A stretch of DNA of 59,963 nucleotides, filler included. It is 5 parts of 5 records of this genome, joined end to end, with 100 filler letters (N's around TTAATTAATTAA, not from the genome) between each part and the next. Parts side by side here need not be neighbours in the genome. Positions count along the whole stretch, not along the records: positions 1 to 16,877 come from DRR723986_4948; positions 16,978 to 25,051 come from DRR723986_4950; 3 more parts are not named here. One strand, 5' to 3'. A program made the position numbers and the translations under genes. Shown here in pieces: positions 10,303 through 17,559 of the stretch. The first letter of the stretch is position 1. Each line of letters begins with the position of its first letter. The notes beneath the pieces were generated by a model. That model saw only the letters and a list, made by a program, of their open reading frames with translations, did no database searches and was not told where the DNA came from.

Positions 10303-11478
10303 ATGGCAACTTCATTAAACCAACAACAACAGACATTTGCGCTTTCAATGCTCAGCAATACGCCGATGATGGCCGATATAAATGACGGTAGCGCAAAAGC
10401 CAAACTGCAGAGCCTGATTGATGCGAATGTAACCGCAAATGCCGCCGACAACGCCAATTGGCAAATTGTTTATGGTCCGGTCGGCACTGCTGATGCAACG
10501 AATCCTTCAATTCCTGATAACGCCATGTATGTAGCCAAAAATATGACTACCGGCACAGATTATGTGCTGGCAGTCGCCGGAACACGCCCTGGCGCAAACT
10601 TCGCTGTGGACGATGAAGATGGGAAGTCAGAATTGAGTCAATACGACATCACAAAAACAGAGCAGGTTAACATCTCTATTGGTACGCAGGAAGGCCTCAA
10701 CATTTTGCTGGCGATGCAAGACAATCAAAATGTTTCCCTGATCGGTACTGATTCCGGTGACGGTTTTCTACCTGGCATTTCAGGTTCCGCCGCCAATGTA
10801 CTTGTGACCGGCCACAGCCTGGGAGGCGCGCTCGCACCGGCACTGGCATTGGTTCTGTTTAATACGCGCTCGGCAATGCTGGCGGATGGTTCACAGGGCA
10901 ATTGGGACAGCGCCGGGAATGTAACTCTTTCATTTTTGGAAACGGCCGGTCCGGCAGTCGGCGATAGCGCTTACGTAAGTAAACTCGCCCAGGCAATGCC
11001 TACCAGTCAGGGAATTTGGAATTGTATCGATATCGTTCCGCATGCCTGGTGGAACTTGTATAGCAGCAACGGACTGTGCAATAGCACTACGGCAAATCCG
11101 GTTCCCAATATCGAGAAGATTTATACACCATATACTTCTGATCCGAATTATGTTCCAAGTCGTGATGTCGCCAGGGTAATCGAGCTGGCCTACCTTAAAC
11201 AAACGGACGAACACACCCCGATTAACCAAACGCCGAGTTTTACAGGCACGTTTAGCGATATCGAACTTCCATCCGGCTGCGCAAGCGACTTTGACACAAA
11301 TATTTATTACTGTGCGGAAATCATTCATCAGCACATCAACGCCTATCTGGAATACTTTAACTGCGAGTTTTTAGTGGGAATCTTAACGAATAACAACCCT
11401 AATGGTACACTTCCGGTGGCCTGTGGTTTGTTAAAAAAGTTTGTGCCTACCACAGACTGCAGCTGCATTGATTCCTGA
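10303..11478 (+). CDS. Class 3 lipase-family alpha/beta hydrolase
   Basis: VTGHSLGGALA nucleophile elbow, YVLAVAGT, DIVPHAW, C-terminal HQH; no obvious signal peptide. Confidence 0.85.
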   Translation: MATSLNQQQQTFALSMLSNTPMMADINDGSAKAKLQSLIDANVTANAADNANWQIVYGPVGTADATNPSIPDNAMYVAKNMTTGTDYVLAVAGTRPGANFAVDDEDGKSELSQYDITKTEQVNISIGTQEGLNILLAMQDNQNVSLIGTDSGDGFLPGISGSAANVLVTGHSLGGALAPALALVLFNTRSAMLADGSQGNWDSAGNVTLSFLETAGPAVGDSAYVSKLAQAMPTSQGIWNCIDIVPHAWWNLYSSNGLCNSTTANPVPNIEKIYTPYTSDPNYVPSRDVARVIELAYLKQTDEHTPINQTPSFTGTFSDIELPSGCASDFDTNIYYCAEIIHQHINAYLEYFNCEFLVGILTNNNPNGTLPVACGLLKKFVPTTDCSCIDS

Positions 11479-11727
11479 TCTGTCTCTGACCAACTCGTTA
11501 AGTGCAAACATTCAATCGGCGGTACCTGGGTGCCGCCGATTGTTGTTTAAATGGCTTTGAAATCTGCGTAAGGCCTTACCAATTACATCCATTGAACTGC
11601 CGTAACTCTCGCTGCATTGTTTCTAACGTGAATACTCATCGAATGCTCGTGGGCCTGGAGATGGTCCTACATGAGTTTTCAGCTATATGCAGGCCTTGTG
11701 AGAAGAAACTGCAAGCAGCAATTGCCA

Positions 11728-12219
11728 TCAGAAGATTGGATCAATAACCACAACTTCCGTTGTTCCAATCAGATTAAGAGTTGTGCCAATCTGTGTGTCT
11801 ACCAGACTGATACCCAGCGGAACTGAGGCGATTGTAGATGGAGTAGCTCTAAAGCGCAGTTTATTGGCTATCAAAGTCGCACCACTGGGGTCAATAATAT
11901 TTACGACCATCTGCACGGGAAGAGCATGTGCCGTGTACTGGATATCAACATCAATATCCGCCACTGGAGCGGTCGTATCTACCGGATAATTGGCAGTTTT
12001 GAAAATGCAAACTTCTGAAACCTCTGTTTTGGAACCCTGCGGTACAGCTTGATTAGTTCCGCTCGTCTTGCGCACAATTCCTTGAAACGTCACGAGCCAT
12101 TCATTGGGATTTGTGGTACTCTCGCCTGTGAAAGCCCAGATTTCAACTTGAAAGGGATAGAATCCCGAAGCAACAACATTGACAGGCGTGCCAAATTTAT
12201 GACCATGCATTGTAGGCAT
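11728..12219 (-). CDS. Hypothetical 163-aa beta-rich protein (paralog of 7705-8196)
   Basis: Start at MPTMHGHKFG gives the same length as the paralog; shares GFYPF..IWAF.GE, FQG..RK.SG, C.FKT, ISLVD, TEVVVIDPIF. Confidence 0.75.
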   Translation of the reverse strand: MPTMHGHKFGTPVNVVASGFYPFQVEIWAFTGESTTNPNEWLVTFQGIVRKTSGTNQAVPQGSKTEVSEVCIFKTANYPVDTTAPVADIDVDIQYTAHALPVQMVVNIIDPSGATLIANKLRFRATPSTIASVPLGISLVDTQIGTTLNLIGTTEVVVIDPIF

Positions 12220-12529
12220 AATGAATCCCGGAAAAATTAGACAGTATTTCCTTAACGTTGCATTCGCTCTCAAAGCTACGAGTTAGATTTGATCTACGTG
12301 CAGCTATACTTTACACCTGATTTGATTTTCAGCTGCATGTTTGTGTCATCACAGGTGAAATCGCGCTGCGGCACGCATGTATTTGCAAGCACTGGCCTCA
12401 AGCATCACGCGTTTTGCCATTTCGTTTTTCAAAAGTCAAAATGTTTGCTGAAATTGCCGTTGTGCACTCAGATTTCTTATCGTGGCGCGTAGCATTTTTC
12501 TCGTTTTTTTAGATTTGGAAGTCTTCCGT

Positions 12530-14050
12530 ATGGACCCGAGTAAACGCCTTTTTGATTTGATTGGGGCAATGTCAAAACAGGAGAAACGCTACTTCAAACT
12601 GTATTCGTCCTTTTACGCCAAAAAGAGCGCCAAAAAATGTGAATTGCTGTTTGACACCTATAACCGCTACGAGCAGAGTGATGATCCGCGCTTAGTACGA
12701 GCGCTTGCCAAACACTTTCCAGAAGGCAACTTGCCGCGCCTCAAAAACGAGTTAACCAATGTAGTTCTCGATAGCCTGGTTTCCTTCCGCTCTCAACACA
12801 TGATGGATACGGAAGTGCGTACCGCACTGCTGCAGGTTGAAGTTCTGCTTGGAAAGGGGCTACGCGAACACGCGGCCAAACTGCTCGAAAAAGCCAAGAA
12901 AAAAGCTGCTGAAGTCGAAAACCACGTCCTGCAAATGCAGGCGCTGTTCTGGGAACGCTCGCTCCTGTTAAGTCGCTATGAAAAAGACCTTGAGCAACAA
13001 CTGGAAAGCCTCTATGAGGAAATTGACGAAGTCATGCAGCAGCAAACCACGCAGTACCAGTACGCGCGCGTGCAGGACTTTACGCTGCTCTTGTGGGGCA
13101 GCCACAAACAACAAGTCGATGAGTCCGTCAGCGCTAAACTGCAGACCTATTTCGATGATCCCTTGATCACCGATTCCAGCAATGCTACCACGATCCGTGC
13201 ACAAGTGGCGCGGCTGCACATCCTCGGGATTTCGGCACTTAGCCGCAATCAGATGCAGGAAGCCACCGAACTCTACAGTGAGATAATCACACTGCTGGAA
13301 TCACATCCCACACTGCTTAAGAAAAACGGCAACCAGTACATGCGTTTTATGCTGCAGCATCTGGCCTGTTTGGTTGAGATACGCAATGAAGAAGACGCCG
13401 CGCGCGTTTCCAGCCGCATCAAAGCTTATGAGCAGCTTCCCGAGCACCTCAGAATTGTTTCGGTGCTCGGAGCCCTGGGGCACGAACTTAATCTCTTTCT
13501 GAATCTGCGGCGCATGCACCGTGCCGCCGGCACCGTCAATGAAATCGAAACCTACCTGCGCACCAAACGCCAGGCAATACATCCGCAGAGTTATCTGAAC
13601 CTATGCCACAACTGCATGGCCTTCCACTTTCTGGCGGCGCAAAACAGCCAAGCGCTCGAATATGTTAATGCCATCCTGGCTGAAAATCGCGTAGTCGTGC
13701 GTAAGGACATTCAGGACTGCGCACGCGCCTACAACCTGGTGCTGCACTATGAGCTGGGCCACACGGAGATTCTGGAGCATCTGTTCCGCTCTACCTATCG
13801 TTATCTCAAACAGAACCGGCGCCTGGAATCACTGGAAAAAACCGTTTTGAATCACATTCGCAAACTGCTGTACTGTGTGGATGAGTCCGAGAAACAAGAG
13901 ATTTATCAGAAGTTAATCGCAGAGCTGCAGGAGATGCGCCAGGCCGCCGAGGCTCCAATCATTGGGATGGAAGAAATGATGTTCTGGGCGCAGAGCAAAG
14001 CCGCCAAACGATCAATCCGCGAAGTCTTTGAGAATTCAGAACCCGAATAG
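12530..14050 (+). CDS. Uncharacterised 506-aa helical/TPR-like protein (paralog of 8508-10028)
   Basis: Start at MDPSKRLFDLI gives the same length as the paralog; shared motifs along the whole length. Confidence 0.85.
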   Translation: MDPSKRLFDLIGAMSKQEKRYFKLYSSFYAKKSAKKCELLFDTYNRYEQSDDPRLVRALAKHFPEGNLPRLKNELTNVVLDSLVSFRSQHMMDTEVRTALLQVEVLLGKGLREHAAKLLEKAKKKAAEVENHVLQMQALFWERSLLLSRYEKDLEQQLESLYEEIDEVMQQQTTQYQYARVQDFTLLLWGSHKQQVDESVSAKLQTYFDDPLITDSSNATTIRAQVARLHILGISALSRNQMQEATELYSEIITLLESHPTLLKKNGNQYMRFMLQHLACLVEIRNEEDAARVSSRIKAYEQLPEHLRIVSVLGALGHELNLFLNLRRMHRAAGTVNEIETYLRTKRQAIHPQSYLNLCHNCMAFHFLAAQNSQALEYVNAILAENRVVVRKDIQDCARAYNLVLHYELGHTEILEHLFRSTYRYLKQNRRLESLEKTVLNHIRKLLYCVDESEKQEIYQKLIAELQEMRQAAEAPIIGMEEMMFWAQSKAAKRSIREVFENSEPE

Positions 14051-14125
14051 TCAGTCAGAAACACAGGCCGGAGGCCGCGCAAACACAATCCAAACGCCGC
14101 TTGGAAAGTGATGTGCACATAACAT

Positions 14126-14150
14126 TAAGTCGTTAGTAATTAATGACTTA
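14126..14150. promoter_or_regulatory. Near-perfect inverted repeat TAAGTCGTTA-N5-TAATGACTTA
   Basis: 10-bp arms with one mismatch, seen directly. Confidence 0.45.
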
Positions 14151-15016
14151 GAGTGTATTTCAGTGCTCTGAAATGCGAAACAGCACACTATTGTGGTAGC
14201 GCAGTTGCACCACAACAGCGCTATTCTTGCCATACGAAATAAATGGTGTGGTGCAAACTGCAGTTATTCCGGATATCATCGGGCAAAATCCAGGTTGAAC
14301 AGACTTGCCCTGCCGGCCGAACCGCGACCCGCAATTAACATCAAACAGTCTGGTCTCAGTCGTTTTTCTCAGCTATATGTCTCAGTCTGCATAAAAAAAT
14401 CGCTTAACGCTATGATTCCTATTTGTCAACTAAAACGTTCTAATCCCGAAATCAAAGTCTGTGAGCTGGCCAGTCCGCAGGATGATGACTGTTCCGCTAC
14501 AAAAGCCGGCAGTTATGCTCCCGTCAACTTGGTAGTTGCTCCCCAAGGCGCAGCAACGCGCAATTCCCCGAATGCTTCCCCGAACGCATCGCCCAAAAAA
14601 AGATCCGGCGGGCCTGGAGAAGAACGCCAGGTCCAAATGCATGCATCGGCAACGCATGCAGGCCCCGGCCTGTGAGTTCAATGGGCGGAAGTCAGTTCTG
14701 AAAACCTGCACTCGGAGATGCGCTCCGGGCACAGCTTCAAAGTTTGCTGCATGAGCCGCGGTCTGGTCTGCTCACGCAAACAGTATCTGCGAATTTTTGT
14801 GCCCGCGGCACTCACTATTTCTCAAACTCTGATCCACCTAACTCAACCTGCATTTTAGGCATTTGCAGAATTAGAAACCTAACGCTTTGAATGCCGCCGA
14901 AGCAATCAGTTTGGATTCAAGCAGACCGTTGCCGAAATTGGCAATTCGAAGGCGGGCCGGCTGGGCTGCTTTTGTACCGAACAACTGTGAATTTCCAGGA
15001 AGTATTGGAGTTTTCC

Positions 15017-15490
15017 ATGTCAGATTTGAGTGCGCTCTTAAAGTGTGGTGGTGATTGGTCAGGCGAGCAGAAAATCACCGACCATGAAATGAACATCATG
15101 ATTGAATCATCATCCACTGCTCAAATTAACAGTGTCTTTAATGGCAAATTTGTATCTCTGTTTCTGGGCTGGTCCAATGACAAAGATCAACACTTTGGGC
15201 GAATGCTGATTGGCTATAACCCCAAAACAGAAGTTGCCACGATTAACTGGATCGACTCCTGGCACATGCAGCCGGATATGTTGCACTCAACAGGCAGTAT
15301 CGACGCTCAAGGTGTTATAAGTGTCAAAGGAATGTATTCCGCAGGCAGCGGCCCGGATTGGGGCTGGCGCACAATAATCACTCCGGGTGAAGAAAATCTG
15401 CGTATCGAAATGATTAACGTCACTCCCGATGGTCAGGAAGCGCCGGCGGTAGATATGAATTTCACGAAAATCGATTCAAGCGCCAAGTAA
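15017..15490 (+). CDS. DUF1579-like protein
   Basis: GDWSG...WIDSWH...WGWRTII...MINVTPDGQEAPAV pattern; GGAG RBS before ATG 15017. Confidence 0.65.
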   Translation: MSDLSALLKCGGDWSGEQKITDHEMNIMIESSSTAQINSVFNGKFVSLFLGWSNDKDQHFGRMLIGYNPKTEVATINWIDSWHMQPDMLHSTGSIDAQGVISVKGMYSAGSGPDWGWRTIITPGEENLRIEMINVTPDGQEAPAVDMNFTKIDSSAK

Positions 15491-15714
15491 GCGCTCTATC
15501 CAGCCGCCTTCTAAACGCGGTACAGGCAACAGTTTAACAGGAAAGCACGATTGCTGAACTCTCAGGTTTGGCCGTGTTTTCCGTCGTTTTAAACCGGCGG
15601 CAGCAAAGTCACGAGCTGACGCCAGGCACACCACACTTAAACAGATTCAACTCAAGTGTAGTTGAAATACTGCTTGAATTCGGTCTAGGTTTGAGGATGT
15701 CTGTAGCGTCATAC

Positions 15715-16032
15715 TCAGACGGGGTGACCCAGTTCCGCGGGTTTAAACAACTTGGCGTCCGCCCAGAATGTGCCGAAGGGAATGACCGAGGCGAGCAAAG
15801 CCAGGAACAGCGTCTTAACAGTCCAGTCAAACTCAATTTTAACCTGGATGACGAGCAAGCAATAGAGCACAAACAACAATCCGTGAATCAGACCAATTAT
15901 CTGGTTCGGTTCCGGCATGTCAAACCAATACTTTAGTGGCATAGTGACGAATAATATCGCGAGAAAGGACGTCCCCTCGGCAAAAGCCAAAATACGCAGT
16001 CGTCCGATTTTCGTTTGCATTAGATGCCGCAT
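15715..16032 (-). CDS. DUF3817-like small integral membrane protein
   Basis: RILAFAEGTSFL...MPLKY...GLIHGLLFVLY...ASVIPFGTF. Confidence 0.8.
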   Translation of the reverse strand: MRHLMQTKIGRLRILAFAEGTSFLAILFVTMPLKYWFDMPEPNQIIGLIHGLLFVLYCLLVIQVKIEFDWTVKTLFLALLASVIPFGTFWADAKLFKPAELGHPV

Positions 16033-16055
16033 TTCAAGACCTTTCTATGTTAACA

Positions 16056-16514
16056 TCAAAAATGTGGGAACAGATTGCGGAACCAGGGAATTGCCGCCAG
16101 CACCACGGTCAGCGAAATTCCATAATACAGCATCGTCACGCGATATTTGCGCCTGTCGTCATCTGCCTTGCGCGCCACTGATCCACCAATCGACATTATA
16201 GCGATTGCGATGATCATCAAAGCCGAATGGTATAGGGCAAAAAACAGAATCTGGTTCTCAAATACATTCCACGATCCCAGTTCGCCGCCCGCCAAAACGT
16301 GTGCCGTCAAGGGACTCAGGATAGCGTAGAGCACCAGGCCAATCAGCACCTGCAGGTTCATCAAACCCGTCGCAACTTTCAGCAAAACCGCATCCAGGCG
16401 TCCGTAGCTGCGCGCGCTCAATAGTCCCTGAAGACTGGTCAGGATTGGCGCCAGCAGGGAAAACAGCACCAGCCAGCGCAGGATTGAATGTATTGCCAGA
16501 ACCATCACGTACAT
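16056..16514 (-). CDS. Four-TM membrane protein (cytochrome b-like hypothetical family)
   Basis: HSILRWLV, conserved-looking His in YHSALM, four hydrophobic segments, IPW near C-terminus; GAGGT RBS. Confidence 0.7.
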   Translation of the reverse strand: MYVMVLAIHSILRWLVLFSLLAPILTSLQGLLSARSYGRLDAVLLKVATGLMNLQVLIGLVLYAILSPLTAHVLAGGELGSWNVFENQILFFALYHSALMIIAIAIMSIGGSVARKADDDRRKYRVTMLYYGISLTVVLAAIPWFRNLFPHF

Positions 16515-16877
16515 ACCTACCTCAGCGCACTATTTTTGCACGAACTCTGCAAAATTACGAAGAAATTGCGGTCCATCAGCATCAAATCGTAATGTTGTCT
16601 GGGGCATGGCGGCTTGCGAAGATCGCGTTCACCTGCGGTGCGCTTTTTGATTGTTTTGTTTATCGCTGATCCTGCAGTCACAAATAATTGAGTCTGTCGC
16701 GCAGTCTCAATTACTTTAGTCTGTTAACTCGCTGCCAAACAGAAAAAAAACAAGCCAGCCAGGTAAATGTAATGCAGCCGGGCGCAGCGCTCAAACCTCA
16801 AGTTAAGTCTCGGGTTAAGTCTCAGGTCAGGTGCCCTGTTAATCCAGAATCCACGCAATTAATCCACGCAATTAATC

Positions 16878-16977
16878 NNNNNNNNNNNNNNNNNNNNNNN
16901 NNNNNNNNNNNNNNNNNNNNNTTAATTAATTAANNNNNNNNNNNNNNNNNNNNNNNNNNNNNNNNNNNNNNNNNNNN
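16878..16977. other. Artificial contig linker
   Basis: N44-TTAATTAATTAA-N44; composition changes sharply across it. Confidence 0.98.
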
Positions 16978-16978
16978 C

Positions 16979-17296
16979 CGGCAGGAATTCCGCATCGCCA
17001 CGGCGGGCAGCGCCCTTGGTCGGGCGCTGTTCGTCCACTACGGGCTGGATCCGGACGACCCCGAAAGCTGGCTCTACCTGCGCGAGGGCGAGGCGCTCTT
17101 CGGCCTCGACGCGGTGATTGCAGTGGCCACGCGCCTTGGCGGCTGGGGGCGATTGCTCGGGGCGCTCTGGCTTCTGCCCGCCGGCCTGCGCGACTGGCTG
17201 TACCGGCGGATCGCCCGGAACCGATACGCGATCATGGGGCGCACGGACCTCTGCGCCATGCCCGACGCGGCGCTGCGAGAGCGTCTGATCGGGTAG
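16979..17296 (+). CDS. DCC1-like thiol-disulfide oxidoreductase family protein (5' truncated)
   Basis: Frame open from contig start: ...FRIATAGSALGRALFVHYGLDPDDPESW...LRDWLYRRIARNRYAIMGR..C. Confidence 0.8.
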   Translation, partial: RQEFRIATAGSALGRALFVHYGLDPDDPESWLYLREGEALFGLDAVIAVATRLGGWGRLLGALWLLPAGLRDWLYRRIARNRYAIMGRTDLCAMPDAALRERLIG

Positions 17297-17559
17297 GGGC
17301 TCCGACACGACGGCGCTGCATCGAGCGGGGGCGTGGGGGCTTGGAGACTGATGCAGGGGCGATCGGGGCAGGCGCATGCGCGTACGGTCTGATGCAGGGA
17401 CCTGTAGACCGGGTGGGGATGCACCGCCATCCGGAACCGCCGGATCGCCGGACGGCCTGCGGTGCGCGGCCCCCGCCAAGCCAAGCGGGCAGGCGCCCGT
17501 CCGGCGCGCCCTTCGCGCCTCCCGTGGTCCGGTCATGCGGATCGGCCAGCCGCCTCTCC

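Noticed and set aside
16790-16877. Short tandem repeats (gttaagtctc x2; aatccacgcaatt x2) at the end of contig 1
   Set aside because: Too short and cut by the contig end to interpret; may be an assembly-edge effect
16922-16933. TTAATTAATTAA palindrome repeated four times in the window
   Set aside because: Synthetic six-frame stop linker, not biological
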